Shown piece by piece: positions 45,926 to 56,585 of a stretch of DNA of 64,000 nt. The notes beneath the pieces are model-generated. The model was given only the letters and a program-made list of their open reading frames with translations. It ran no database searches and was not told where the DNA came from. Both the position numbers and the translations under genes were made by a program. This DNA is from an uncultured virus (IMG/VR IMGVR_UViG_3300016474_000883) (taxonomy: Duplodnaviria; Heunggongvirae; Uroviricota; Caudoviricetes). Position 1 is the stretch's first letter, and the number at the start of each line of letters is the position of its first letter. The stretch lies in the IMG/VR virus record IMGVR_UViG_3300016474_000883, one strand, 5' to 3'.

Positions 45926-46630
45926 TTATTTTTTATATTCCCAAATGTAATTAAAAGATGTATATTTTCCTAATTTATTTTTATCTCTTTGTCTAATTAT
46001 ATTTTTTTCATTATTACGACAACAATTATTTATAGCTGTGTAACTTAAATTTAATATTTGAGATGCTAATTTACCAGTTTCCCATTCTTTAACAACATTA
46101 CCATTTAAATCTTTTTGCAATACTGGGCGACCAAAGGATTTGGATGATGATTTAGATAAATTTTTTTTCCATTTATCAGTTTTAGAATGCCCTTCCATTG
46201 CTTTACTTATAGCATGTTTATGTTCTATGCTTAGTGGTGTACCTTTATGTGCCATAGACATTTTATTTTTTGTTTTTAATGTGTGGGTTTTATTTTTCCA
46301 ATATCCTTTAACACCTAATAATTTTCCTTTTAAAGCTTTAGATAGTTTTTCTCTCCTATGTTTATTTTCTTTTTGCTCTAAAGTCCATTTTGTTGAACCT
46401 CCTCCACCTTTATTTTTATTTTCAAGTTTAAATCCCCATTGTTTAAATTGTTCAATCCAAAAACACTCCCATATTTTCCAATCCTGGATGTTTACTTCTT
46501 CAATTAGTTCTATAAAAATATTGTTGAATTTTTTCTTATGTGAGCCTAATCTTTGGTTTAAAGATAAATTTGTTTTGCCAACATAAAATGGAATATTATC
46601 TCCTTGATGTAAATAATAAATTTTAGTCAT
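45926..46630 (-). CDS. GIY-YIG homing endonuclease with NUMOD3/NUMOD1 motifs
   Basis: IYYL...YVGKT...R...H...E; HT..TK.KMS repeats; V.Q.DL.G..VKEW...A..L. Confidence 0.8.
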   Translation of the reverse strand: MTKIYYLHQGDNIPFYVGKTNLSLNQRLGSHKKKFNNIFIELIEEVNIQDWKIWECFWIEQFKQWGFKLENKNKGGGGSTKWTLEQKENKHRREKLSKALKGKLLGVKGYWKNKTHTLKTKNKMSMAHKGTPLSIEHKHAISKAMEGHSKTDKWKKNLSKSSSKSFGRPVLQKDLNGNVVKEWETGKLASQILNLSYTAINNCCRNNEKNIIRQRDKNKLGKYTSFNYIWEYKK

Positions 46631-46675
46631 ATATTAATTTATTATAAATATATCAACATTGATAAAGAAATAATC

Positions 46676-47596
46676 TTAAGTAATAATTTTTAATATAGAG
46701 GCAATCAAGGCACAGACTGAGATCTCTTTATCAATTCTAAAGTTGGCATGATACATATAGTTTTCTATTTCAATAATAATCAATGCTTTAGACAAATCAT
46801 TTTTACCATACTCGTCTAAATTATCATATAGGAATCTATAAATTTCTTCAAAATCATCCAAATTACTATCAGCAAGTGTTTGTCTGATGTTTTTAAAGCT
46901 GTTTTTGTTTGATGATTTTAATTCTTTTAGAATAGCATCTTTATAGCTACTTGATGTTAGAATTGAGTTATCAACTTTTAATTTACTATCAACTGTATTT
47001 ACTTGACAAGTATTAAGTATTTTTCTAACATCAGGATAATGTTTGTTAACTATCACTACTAAGTCATTTAACTCATAACTAATACTTTCCTGCTCTAAAA
47101 TACCAGCTACATGTTGTGCTACTTCTTTTTTAGATGGAGGAGTAATTTTTAATACCTGGCAACGTGATTGAAGTGGATCAATAATGCGTTCAATATAGTT
47201 ACAAGTTAATATAAATCGAGTAGTACGAGAATATGTTTCAATAATGTTTCGAAGTGATGCTTGTGCTTGAATAGTCAAGAAATCAGCTTCATCTAAAATA
47301 ATAACTTTAATAGACTTAAATGAAGCACTTGAAGCGAATCCTTGTACTTTATCTCTAATTGTATCAATACCTCTTTCATCACTAGCATTAATATAAAGAA
47401 AATCACAATCTATATTATTAACAATTAGTTTTGCTAATGTAGTTTTACCTGTACCCGGTGTGCCATATAACAATAAATTTTGGATATCATTGTTTTTTAT
47501 ATATTGGTGGATGATTTGTTTTAGTTGATCATTGCCAACATATTCATTTAGTGTTTTAGAACGATACTTTTCTACGTATAAACTATTCATTTTCAT
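46676..47596 (-). CDS. clamp loader large subunit (RFC/gp44-like AAA+)
   Basis: VEKYR, GTPGTGKTT, NASDERG, DEAD, SRC; start moved to 47596, downstream of the promoter/terminator. Confidence 0.95.
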   Translation of the reverse strand: MKMNSLYVEKYRSKTLNEYVGNDQLKQIIHQYIKNNDIQNLLLYGTPGTGKTTLAKLIVNNIDCDFLYINASDERGIDTIRDKVQGFASSASFKSIKVIILDEADFLTIQAQASLRNIIETYSRTTRFILTCNYIERIIDPLQSRCQVLKITPPSKKEVAQHVAGILEQESISYELNDLVVIVNKHYPDVRKILNTCQVNTVDSKLKVDNSILTSSSYKDAILKELKSSNKNSFKNIRQTLADSNLDDFEEIYRFLYDNLDEYGKNDLSKALIIIEIENYMYHANFRIDKEISVCALIASILKIIT

Positions 47597-47601
47597 ATAA
47601 C

Positions 47602-47638
47602 CTAATATAATAAAAAAGGCCTGGTTTCCCAAGCCTAA
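47602..47638 (-). terminator. terminator overlapping a promoter
   Basis: Minus strand AGGCTTGG-GAAA-CCAGGCCT-TTTTT then TATATTAG. Confidence 0.7.
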
Positions 47639-47647
47639 TTTAAAATT

Positions 47648-47908
47648 TTATTGATAATCACCGTAAATATCATAGCGTTTAGGTGGTTCAGGTGCAATTT
47701 CAACTTCTTGAGCGTGAATAGCATATAACTCACTTTTTAGAGGAGCTAATCTATATTCACATGGTCTCCTAGTTAATTGAAAATACGCTTCTAAAGCATC
47801 AGTTATTGAAGCATATACCTTGGTCTTATCGCCTACAAGCGACCACCTATCACCAGGTGGCACGCGTGTAGCGATTAGTTCTAGTTGTTCTTGAATTTCG
47901 GTTTTCAT
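47648..47908 (-). CDS. hypothetical protein
   Basis: IA.RVPPGDRW motif; follows groEL. Confidence 0.65.
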   Translation of the reverse strand: MKTEIQEQLELIATRVPPGDRWSLVGDKTKVYASITDALEAYFQLTRRPCEYRLAPLKSELYAIHAQEVEIAPEPPKRYDIYGDYQ

Positions 47909-49524
47909 TAATACATTCCTCCCATACCATTAATATCATCCTGTTTATTTTCTTCAGGCTTATCTACAACAGTGCATTCAGTTAATAGAATTGTTCCAGC
48001 TACTGAAGCTGCATTTTCAATAGCGCATCTTGTTACTTTAGATGGATCAATAATACCTGCTTCTTTCATATTAACAAACTTTTGTGTTTCGAGATTATAA
48101 CCTCTCCAGTTATCACGAACAACAAACAAGTTATTGATTACTTGATATGATTCCATTTCCTCATAACCAGCATTAGTAAGAATTTTCATGAATGGTGAAG
48201 CACATGCTTTGAAAACAATATTTCCACCTACAGTGTCTTTGTTTGTAATTGCTTCACGAGCATATAGTAGAGCAGAGCCACCTCCAGGTACAATACCTTC
48301 TTCAATTGCGGCTTTAGTTGCTTGCAAGGCATCATCCACGCGGTCTTTCTTTTCTTTGACCTCGGTTTCAGTATTACCACCTACATGAATAATTGCTACT
48401 CCTCCGACGAACTTCGCAAGCCTTTCTTGTAATTTTTCTTGTTCGAAAGGGGTCTTTGCTTTTTCGATTTGTTGTTGAAGTTCTTCAATACGTGTTTGTA
48501 TTCTCTCAGATTGTCCTTTTCCATCGACAATTGTTGTTTGGTCTTTTGTTACTGTTACTAAACGGGCCTCGCCAAACCACTTCCAATCGAATTTGTCTAG
48601 CTTCATGCCCTTATCAGTACTAAATACCTCACCTCCTGTCAAAATAGCAATATCATCCAAAAGCAATTTTCTACGGTCACCAAAGTCAGGTGCTTTTACA
48701 GCTGCTACTTTAATAGTACCTCGCATTTTATTTACAATAAGTGTTGCGAGTGCTTCACCTTCTAAATCTTCTGCAATGATAAACAATGGCTTTCCTTGAT
48801 TAGATACTGCCTCTAGTACTGGGAGTAGTTCTTTAATTGAAGTGAAACGCTTATCAGCAATAAGAATCAATGGGTTCTCAAGAGTACAAGTCATTGTATT
48901 GTTATCAGTAACAAAGTAATGTGACTTATAACCTCGATCAAATTGCATACCTTCTACTGTTTCAAGATATGTTTCACCTGATTTTGATTCTTCAATGTGT
49001 ACTACACCTTCACGACCTACTTTTTGCATTGCAGTAGCAATCAATTCACCTACTTCAGGATCATTATTTGCAGAAATAGTAGCAACTTGTTTAAGTTGAT
49101 CTTCAGAGCTAATGTCTTGTGAAATAGTCTTACGTAATTCTTTAACTACTTCTTTAACAGCGGCATCAATATCACGCTTAATTTTAACCGCGTTAACACC
49201 GTTGTTTAAGTGGGTTAAACCGTTTTTAACCATTTCTTGAGCCAATAGTGTAGAAGTGGTTGTACCATCACCTGCTCCATCCGCTGTTTTAATAGCTGCT
49301 TGTTTAACAAGTTGAGCACCCAATTCCTCAATTGGGTCTTCAAGTGTAATGTTTTTAGCTACTGTTACTCCATCTTTTGTAGATGATGGATAACCTTGAT
49401 TGTTTGAAATAACAACATTGCGACCATTAGGTCCTAATGTTGACGTAACTGCATTCGACAACTTATCGATACCGTTTACGAGTTTTTTCCTTGCTTCGGG
49501 TCCGAATTCTATAATTTTACTCAT
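47908..49524 (-). CDS. groEL: chaperonin GroEL
   Basis: [42 protein letters not shown] tail. Confidence 0.98.
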   Translation of the reverse strand: MSKIIEFGPEARKKLVNGIDKLSNAVTSTLGPNGRNVVISNNQGYPSSTKDGVTVAKNITLEDPIEELGAQLVKQAAIKTADGAGDGTTTSTLLAQEMVKNGLTHLNNGVNAVKIKRDIDAAVKEVVKELRKTISQDISSEDQLKQVATISANNDPEVGELIATAMQKVGREGVVHIEESKSGETYLETVEGMQFDRGYKSHYFVTDNNTMTCTLENPLILIADKRFTSIKELLPVLEAVSNQGKPLFIIAEDLEGEALATLIVNKMRGTIKVAAVKAPDFGDRRKLLLDDIAILTGGEVFSTDKGMKLDKFDWKWFGEARLVTVTKDQTTIVDGKGQSERIQTRIEELQQQIEKAKTPFEQEKLQERLAKFVGGVAIIHVGGNTETEVKEKKDRVDDALQATKAAIEEGIVPGGGSALLYAREAITNKDTVGGNIVFKACASPFMKILTNAGYEEMESYQVINNLFVVRDNWRGYNLETQKFVNMKEAGIIDPSKVTRCAIENAASVAGTILLTECTVVDKPEENKQDDINGMGGMY

Positions 49525-49529
49525 AACTT

Positions 49530-49856
49530 TTATTTGTTTGTAATTTCTAATTCAACTTCTTTTACATCCTCAATAACTGCTAATACTTGGTTTTCAGGAC
49601 ATACCCAATATTCTTGACCATCAAATTCAATTTTGTTTGGTCCCATACTAGGTAGCATTACTTCCATTCCTACTTTTAGGCTTGTATCTACCCAAGTACC
49701 AGTTGCTGAATGGTAACCTTCACCGATTGATACAATTGTTCCAATAAGTGCTTTTTCTTTACCCAAATCGGGTACGATAATACCTCCGTACATTGTTTCT
49801 TCTTCTTCGCGAGGCTTAACTATAACTGCGTTAAATGTTGCTTGTAACTTTTTCAT
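49530..49856 (-). CDS. groES: co-chaperonin GroES
   Basis: GGIIVPD mobile loop, G.IVSIGEG, VLAVI; adjacent to groEL. Confidence 0.93.
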   Translation of the reverse strand: MKKLQATFNAVIVKPREEEETMYGGIIVPDLGKEKALIGTIVSIGEGYHSATGTWVDTSLKVGMEVMLPSMGPNKIEFDGQEYWVCPENQVLAVIEDVKEVELEITNK

Positions 49857-50179
49857 TTTTCTATATTAACTATTTGGTTGATTTCTTCTTTTACTCGTCT
49901 CCATTCCGCTACATACTCTGAAATTGAGTTGTAGATTGGGCGGTTTTCAATTTTGAGTTTAGCGATTGAGGACAGACATGAATCAAAAGTAGAGTGGAAT
50001 GAAAGTGGTTTAATACCTTCTTTAGCTCGATTTTGGCGGCCTCTACCTTTCTTATTATTACCAGGCATTAATGTCTCATAAACAGTGTAACTGCTAGCAT
50101 CTTTACCGATAAAATAAGGTTCAATGAGTGGATCCTTGATTAGCGTCAAGGATGACAACGCTTGTTTTTCTTCTTGCAT
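49853..50179 (-). CDS. hypothetical protein
   Basis: I.DP..EPY.I..D motif. Confidence 0.65.
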   Translation of the reverse strand: MQEEKQALSSLTLIKDPLIEPYFIGKDASSYTVYETLMPGNNKKGRGRQNRAKEGIKPLSFHSTFDSCLSSIAKLKIENRPIYNSISEYVAEWRRVKEEINQIVNIEK

Positions 50180-50194
50180 AACTTATTATTTACT

Positions 50195-50227
50195 TAAATA
50201 TAACATCTTTTGTTTGGGAAGCCAAAC
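50195..50227 (-). promoter_or_regulatory. Bacteroidota-type promoter
   Basis: Copy of the 33-bp element upstream of the groES-groEL unit. Confidence 0.75.
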
Positions 50228-50259
50228 AGATAATAACCTTTATTATAAATATATTAAAA

Positions 50260-50982
50260 TTAGTTCTCTTTTGCGACAATATAGTAAGAACTTTGAATAT
50301 TTTTACCTGTGAACATTATTTTCATTAATCCATTACTATTAACATGTAATGTACCTGAGTCCATATCTTTATTACAAACTAGTATCTCTTTTAATAGATT
50401 TGAGTTATATGTTAATTCAAAATCAGTTTCTGGAGGAGTAACATTCTGGATATAATAAGATACTTTATTAGCATACTCTACATCGCCTCCAAATGTAAAT
50501 CCTAAACCTAATGTATCAGGTTTAACAACTACATTCTCACTATTGGTTAGAGCGTTTTTAGCTTTAACTAGAGCACTTATAATCTCATTATCTAATTTAG
50601 TTTCAACATTATACTCTTCAGGACCATTGTATTCACCTGGTTTAGGTATAGTGAGTAGATCTGCTAGAGTATAATTAAGATTAAACTGCTCATCAGCAAT
50701 TAGTAGTTTAGTGATGACTTTACCTTCTTTAACATAGTCAAGTACTAAATCACCACTTGTGATTGCTAACAACTTATCAAGTTGAGTAGTATTACTAATA
50801 CCAATTGATGATTCAGGTAGTGGAAAATCATTATAAACAACTCTACCTAGCATCTCTCTAGTAGGAGACATAAAGTTAATAGTGAGTTGTTTGTTTTTGT
50901 CTACTTCCCATTTAACATTTTCAATTAAACCATTTAAATGGTACTTTTCTATAACAGATTGAAGTTCAAGTTTTGATATCAT
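50260..50982 (-). CDS. putative sliding clamp (gp45/PCNA-like)
   Basis: 240 aa, alpha/beta two-domain pattern, G.M...F......YY end; between clamp loader and polymerase. Confidence 0.65.
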   Translation of the reverse strand: MISKLELQSVIEKYHLNGLIENVKWEVDKNKQLTINFMSPTREMLGRVVYNDFPLPESSIGISNTTQLDKLLAITSGDLVLDYVKEGKVITKLLIADEQFNLNYTLADLLTIPKPGEYNGPEEYNVETKLDNEIISALVKAKNALTNSENVVVKPDTLGLGFTFGGDVEYANKVSYYIQNVTPPETDFELTYNSNLLKEILVCNKDMDSGTLHVNSNGLMKIMFTGKNIQSSYYIVAKEN

Positions 50983-50986
50983 GTTT

Positions 50987-51024
50987 GTAATATAACAAAA
51001 AAGGCTTGCTAATGCAAGCCTAAT
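50987..51024 (-). terminator. terminator overlapping a promoter
   Basis: Minus strand AGGCTTGC-ATTA-GCAAGCCT-TTTTT then TATATTAC. Confidence 0.75.
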
Positions 51025-51049
51025 TTAAAGTATTTTATAGTAAATTTTA

Positions 51050-51553
51050 TTAAAGTTTAAAACTATTTACTGCTTGAACAAGTTGATTCCAAGCTGCTAT
51101 TCCTTCATCTTCATCCCATCCTCCTAATATAAATGTACTACCAAAGACACTAGAAAAAATTTCAAAAGCATCATTCATTTTAGCCCATTTTCTTCCTAAA
51201 GGAAGATCTTCAATCATGTAATAATTATCAAAAGAATGAAAAAGAGGTACAACTTTTTTATTAAATTCTTTTTGTTGGTTTTTATCTAATGCTTCAAAAG
51301 AATCATTAAAACCTTTTTTAATCATTGGTTCTAAAATTTTAACCCCAGCTAACCAATCTTTAGCATCTTTAGGATTATAAAAAAATGGGCTATCACCTTC
51401 TAAATCAGGAATATTAGCATATGTTTTAGGATCAATTGCTTTATTCATAATTTGTTCGAATTTAGCATGATCTAAAGGTTTCATAGTAGCTGCTTCATTT
51501 AAAGCGCTTTGGATTTCTTCTTTAATAATTTGACGTAAATCTGAAAGTTTCAT
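51050..51553 (-). CDS. putative virion-internal protein (LRQIIKEEI leader)
   Basis: MKLSDLRQIIKEEIQSALNE; ATATTTATA upstream. Confidence 0.55.
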   Translation of the reverse strand: MKLSDLRQIIKEEIQSALNEAATMKPLDHAKFEQIMNKAIDPKTYANIPDLEGDSPFFYNPKDAKDWLAGVKILEPMIKKGFNDSFEALDKNQQKEFNKKVVPLFHSFDNYYMIEDLPLGRKWAKMNDAFEIFSSVFGSTFILGGWDEDEGIAAWNQLVQAVNSFKL

Positions 51554-51612
51554 TATATTATAGATTTTTTATATTTGTTTATAAATATATTATTTTTTTA
51601 GATTAAAATATT

Positions 51613-52140
51613 TTAATATTTAAATCTTGTCTTTTGTGCTAAAAAAGTACTTTGAAAGTAATCTTTTATAGTTTTTAAGTCATCAGTTGCTTTAGCTGCT
51701 TTTTGTTGATATACCTTTTTAACAATATCATAGTATTGTTTTTGGAGTTTTTTATCTGGTTCATTACCAAAAGAAAGTCTTACTGATTGGTAGAATTCAG
51801 GGGTATTCATTCCGTAATCTCCCACTAATTCTTGAGTGGCTTGATTTTGAGCATCATAATATGCTCTTTCTAACTTTTTAGTTATAACAGCTTTTTGAGA
51901 TGAGGCTTGACGATCTTCAGGAGATTTTTTAGCAGCAAACATTTTAGCTCTAGCTGAGCGTAATCTACTTCTAAGTTCTTCTATGTCTTGGTTTCCTATT
52001 TCACCATTAAGAGCTAGATCTTCTAATTGTAACATTAATTTTCTAGCTTTATCACTAGCTTGACTATAGAGTTCATTCTCTTCTTTTAAAGATTTTTGAA
52101 TTTCTTCTTTTATAATTTGTTGCAATTCTGATTTTTTCAT
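51613..52140 (-). CDS. putative virion-internal protein (LQQIIKEEI leader)
   Basis: MKKSELQQIIKEEIQKSLKEE. Confidence 0.55.
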   Translation of the reverse strand: MKKSELQQIIKEEIQKSLKEENELYSQASDKARKLMLQLEDLALNGEIGNQDIEELRSRLRSARAKMFAAKKSPEDRQASSQKAVITKKLERAYYDAQNQATQELVGDYGMNTPEFYQSVRLSFGNEPDKKLQKQYYDIVKKVYQQKAAKATDDLKTIKDYFQSTFLAQKTRFKY

Positions 52141-52318
52141 AATTGAATTCCAAAATTAAACAATACTAATTTGTATACCTTTGAAGATACATCAACATTA
52201 AGTTCAAATAATGTTAATGATGATACACGAGCAACAAGTCTAAGTTTATCATGTTGTGTGTTAATTGCTTTCCAAGAATTTGTAAATTTCATGATAACGG
52301 GTTTATATGTTATACATA

Positions 52319-54907
52319 TCAACTAAATGAGAAAAATTTAGTTACATTAGCATTTAATGGCGGAAATTCCCACTTTAGATCACTATAAAGTTCTTTTAAT
52401 TTGTTTAATAATAATGATTCAAAAATTTCATCTATATCAATATATGTTTTAACAAATTTTTCTATTTCATCAGGTACTTTAGCATTTGGTAAACCAATTG
52501 TATCTAGTTTATACATGTTTGGTTTTAGATTAATGATAAAGATTTTATCACCTTCAATTATAGATTCATATTTTTTATCTAATTTTTTAAACTTTAACAA
52601 GTCATTATAGCGAACTGCTGCTTTAGTATTTGAAGGTGCTTTTAATTTAAAATTACTAAACATTTCACCTGCACGAGCTGGTATAAGGTAGGATGATATT
52701 TGTTTTACTCCAGTAGGTTTGCCTAGTTCCCTAATATCTGTTGTTTTAAGTGATTTATAGAAGTTAATGATTAGAGCATCTAATTCATGTTTTGGTTTTC
52801 CAAATAGAATATCTTTAATAAAGTTTTCACCAAACTTTTTAAATAACTTATTCATATTGGATTTCATCAACTCTAATCCTTTCATATCCAATTCCTCAAC
52901 AGCAACACCTTCTTTATTGGTAATATACATAGCATATCTTCGTTTACCAGTAACCAAGATACCTTTAGCAATTACTTCCTGTTTTAATTGGAAGTAGTGT
53001 TTTTTAGGGTCAATATTGAATATTTCCTTACAAAGAGCATTTAGATGATGATTAGATTCATCTTGTATTTCAGTTGCTAACTCTAGAATATGCTTGTCTT
53101 TATCTTCAGGTGTTGAATCTGGGTATCTATGTTTTAATAGGTCACCTAATTCAATATACATAGAATCAGTATCACTAATACAAATATATTGTTTGTCTGA
53201 GTCTAGTTCAGTGTTTAGTTTATTATTAACAAACTTGATTGAATTTTGGGTTAATGACTGTCCTGTATTAGTGATAGCGGCACTACAAATTAATTGACCA
53301 TCAGTATAACGCCATCCACTTTTAGCAAATGTACCATACATTGCGTTTTGCAAAATTTTAAATGCATGTTGGAACAAGTCATATAGTTTATAATTAGCCC
53401 AATCTTCTTCTTTACCTGCTTTTTTCTTTAACGCTCTATAATGTTCTCGTTTATCAAACCAACCTTCCAAAATCTTTGCTACAACACTTTGTTCATCAGT
53501 CTTAAACATAGCACCTGAAGCAGATATTGTAAATTTATTGTCTTCAATAATTTTGATTAGGTCTCCTAGTTTAACTTTAGCTTGAGTTAAAGTATAGTTT
53601 TTCTTGTTTAGTTTTTCAACTATAACTTCTTCACTTGGATCTCGTTCTTTAAGTTTTTCTAGACTATGATTTTGCTCATATGTTGGTCTATGATCAACTT
53701 TAATTCTACCTACTAAGGTTTCAATACCTAAATTAAGTGATTTAATAATTGAAGGATATAGTGAAGTAAAATCTAAGTCAATAACATCAAAATACAAACC
53801 AGGAATAGGCTCTAACAAATAACCACCAGCATATGTTTCTTTAAAATTCTTTAATATTGGATTATGAGTAGTTGGTTTGTTTGGTGAAACAATATTTTCA
53901 CGTCTTAGATACTTTAATATAGCACCCTCATTCATAACTGTATTCCAATAAATTGATTCATATGGGATATTACAGATATGAGAGATCATAATTGTTAAGT
54001 CAATAAACTTAAGTTTAGCTTCTAATGCTTCAATGATTTCAACATCTCGAAGGTTATAATCAATAAACTTATTTATATCATCTCTGAATAATGTGTTTAA
54101 GTTGCCTTCATATTCAATTTTACCTAGGTTAACATATTTGGTTCCAATGTCCCCTAATTTATATGATGGCTCTTCCTTCATAATGTATTTTTTATGAAGC
54201 AACATATAATCCAAACAATTTACACCTCCAATAGTGATTTGGTTTTCACCATTAAATTCTCTAGCATTTACTTTTTTAATTGGAGATAAACGTAATACCT
54301 CATCTTCACCTACAACTTGCTTGATTCGATAGTATAGGTAAGGCATATCGAAGTAATCCGAGTTATAACCAACTAATATAGTGGGGTCTAGTTCTTCAAA
54401 TTTGGATAAAAACTTACCTATTAGTTCTCTTTCGTTTCTACAAGGTATAATCAATTTACCATCTTGATTAATTTCTTTAATTTGGCCTGATGGATCAACA
54501 ACAAGACATATTTTTTGTTTTGTAGTAACATCTATAAGAGCAATAGATGTAAGAGGCATAGGTGCTTGTTGAATATAATGAGGTGTTAAAGCACCACCCA
54601 TTTCAATCTCAATATCTATATAGACAATGTTATGCCAAGTAGGCACAACATCATCTTCTTTATAGTACAATTCTCGTAATACAACAAGTGACTTATCAAT
54701 ATCCTTTTCTAATAAATCAGGATCATCTTTGCTATATTTTTTAGTTGGTACAGCCCAACCACCTGTTAATACAGGTCTAGCAGTTTCACTCCATTCATTA
54801 GTACGTTTCCAATAAGTAGGCTGGTATTGAAATTCCATCCAGCCTTGCTTATCATCACGTAAGTAATAAGTGTAAGTACTAAAATCGTAATAGATTGATT
54901 GATACAT
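52319..54907 (-). CDS. family B DNA polymerase
   Basis: Exo DIE, YN...FD.PY, YN..D; pol DFTSLYPSII, K...NAMYG, DTDS, KRRYA. Confidence 0.97.
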   Translation of the reverse strand: MYQSIYYDFSTYTYYLRDDKQGWMEFQYQPTYWKRTNEWSETARPVLTGGWAVPTKKYSKDDPDLLEKDIDKSLVVLRELYYKEDDVVPTWHNIVYIDIEIEMGGALTPHYIQQAPMPLTSIALIDVTTKQKICLVVDPSGQIKEINQDGKLIIPCRNERELIGKFLSKFEELDPTILVGYNSDYFDMPYLYYRIKQVVGEDEVLRLSPIKKVNAREFNGENQITIGGVNCLDYMLLHKKYIMKEEPSYKLGDIGTKYVNLGKIEYEGNLNTLFRDDINKFIDYNLRDVEIIEALEAKLKFIDLTIMISHICNIPYESIYWNTVMNEGAILKYLRRENIVSPNKPTTHNPILKNFKETYAGGYLLEPIPGLYFDVIDLDFTSLYPSIIKSLNLGIETLVGRIKVDHRPTYEQNHSLEKLKERDPSEEVIVEKLNKKNYTLTQAKVKLGDLIKIIEDNKFTISASGAMFKTDEQSVVAKILEGWFDKREHYRALKKKAGKEEDWANYKLYDLFQHAFKILQNAMYGTFAKSGWRYTDGQLICSAAITNTGQSLTQNSIKFVNNKLNTELDSDKQYICISDTDSMYIELGDLLKHRYPDSTPEDKDKHILELATEIQDESNHHLNALCKEIFNIDPKKHYFQLKQEVIAKGILVTGKRRYAMYITNKEGVAVEELDMKGLELMKSNMNKLFKKFGENFIKDILFGKPKHELDALIINFYKSLKTTDIRELGKPTGVKQISSYLIPARAGEMFSNFKLKAPSNTKAAVRYNDLLKFKKLDKKYESIIEGDKIFIINLKPNMYKLDTIGLPNAKVPDEIEKFVKTYIDIDEIFESLLLNKLKELYSDLKWEFPPLNANVTKFFSFS

Positions 54908-55428
54908 TATTTAAAAAATTGTTCAAGATTTGGTTTAAAGTAGTTAATTGACTTCATGACCTTGCGATCAGCAGTACGATATACTACCCAATAGTCACCT
55001 TGTTTTTCATAGTGACATTCCATTCCTTGTTCAATTGTTCTGCGGTTAACAGTTTGTTGTGCTTCTTCTTCAGTCTTACAAACTTTACTCATATTTGATG
55101 CTTGTACCTCAGCATATGCATCTTGAATATGACCTTTTAAACCATGTAACATAGTTCCATTACCTAATGAAACATAAGTGATATCACATAGAGCATCTAA
55201 CACTCCTACAATATCTCCTTTTTGACATGCTTCTTTATATTCTTCTAGTTCCTCTAGAATAAAATTATAAACAAACATCCATTCTTTTTCTTCTGGGATA
55301 TTAGGAACATAGTTGTTCGGTTTACCCATTGTTTTGTTAAATACTTCTACTTCATCAACAAATGGAACTGATTCCATTGCTTTTCTAACTGTGTTATAAT
55401 CTACTGTTTTAGATTGAGACATGACCAT
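54907..55428 (-). CDS. MazG-like all-alpha NTP pyrophosphohydrolase
   Basis: EELEE...D...V.DALCD..Y, V..SNMSK, KVMKS..Y..P. Confidence 0.85.
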   Translation of the reverse strand: MVMSQSKTVDYNTVRKAMESVPFVDEVEVFNKTMGKPNNYVPNIPEEKEWMFVYNFILEELEEYKEACQKGDIVGVLDALCDITYVSLGNGTMLHGLKGHIQDAYAEVQASNMSKVCKTEEEAQQTVNRRTIEQGMECHYEKQGDYWVVYRTADRKVMKSINYFKPNLEQFFK

Positions 55429-55450
55429 TATTTATTTTAATTTGTTATTT

Positions 55451-55930
55451 TTATACTAATGATAAAATAATTCTATCTTCTTTTTTGAAGCATTCACCAT
55501 TAATTACCATATCACCATTTTCATTTTTTTCAGTTTCTACTGTACAATAAATCCATCTTAATTGTTGAAGTTGTGATACAACACTTGTTATTTTGCACCA
55601 TTTTGGTTTAAACATATCACTTGCTGTATCAATATCATCTAATAGTTTAAACATATATTTAATTATATTATCTAATGTTGCAATATTAATACCTTTTCGT
55701 TGCATTATATCGGTATGGTATGTATCTTCAATCATTTTAACTAATTCATTATCAATGACATGTGCTTCTTTTGATTTATTATAGCAATACCTAACATAAT
55801 TTTTATTACCTTCTATTCCTTCATATCCTTCAAGAATATCTTCAATAGAACATAACACATCTCTTAATTTGTTTGCTGAATACAGCATTTGATCTTTGCT
55901 ATTCATAACTTTTGTATTTAAATCTTCCAT
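55451..55930 (-). CDS. hypothetical protein
   Basis: LLDDIDTASD..K motif. Confidence 0.65.
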   Translation of the reverse strand: MEDLNTKVMNSKDQMLYSANKLRDVLCSIEDILEGYEGIEGNKNYVRYCYNKSKEAHVIDNELVKMIEDTYHTDIMQRKGINIATLDNIIKYMFKLLDDIDTASDMFKPKWCKITSVVSQLQQLRWIYCTVETEKNENGDMVINGECFKKEDRIILSLV

Positions 55931-56525
55931 TTTTATCTTTTAAAATAATATAAATACTTTTAGGTTGGAGTCCAAATTTAAGTCTGCATTTTTTTACTGA
56001 GGAGAAAATTTCTCCAGTGAGGGTGTCTATTACAGATTTGCCTGTTTTAGGTCCTGCTCCTAATTTAGGTTTATTTTTTCCACCTGCCCCAGGTTTTGGT
56101 TTACCTTTTTGTTTTAAATCAGGTTTTCCTTTTTTAGGACTTGGGATTCCAGTTTTTGCTTTACTTAAATTTTTACAATGTTCTTCTGTTTTACTTTTAC
56201 CAGTCATAGATTTGCTTATTTTTTCTCTAACTTGAGAAGAGCGTGGGCCTTGACCTATATCAAACAATTCACAATTTAATCCTTCATTTATAGAGTTATA
56301 ATATTGTTTCCAATATATTTCTCTTTCATTTAGTTTTTCTAAAACACATTCTTCTATAATCTCAAAAATATGAGTTTCAGGATTATGTTTTTTTAAAGAA
56401 TTATAAAGTTTAGGTTGTTTTTTACAGTCTAATCTTTTATACTGTTTAAATCTTTTTTCTACATCTATGGACTGCCCAATGTATATTTTACCAGAAGGAG
56501 AAGTAATTTTGTAAATCCCAGTCAT
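55899..56525 (-). CDS. GIY-YIG homing endonuclease with NUMOD3
   Basis: GIYKITSPSGKIYIGQS...R; E.YW...YNS; KISKSMTG repeats. Confidence 0.9.
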   Translation of the reverse strand: MTGIYKITSPSGKIYIGQSIDVEKRFKQYKRLDCKKQPKLYNSLKKHNPETHIFEIIEECVLEKLNEREIYWKQYYNSINEGLNCELFDIGQGPRSSQVREKISKSMTGKSKTEEHCKNLSKAKTGIPSPKKGKPDLKQKGKPKPGAGGKNKPKLGAGPKTGKSVIDTLTGEIFSSVKKCRLKFGLQPKSIYIILKDKNGRFKYKSYE

Positions 56526-56585
56526 AATATTTTATTATAAATATTAGACCAAATCGACTTTATTACCTCTCCTTAAGGTATCTTA

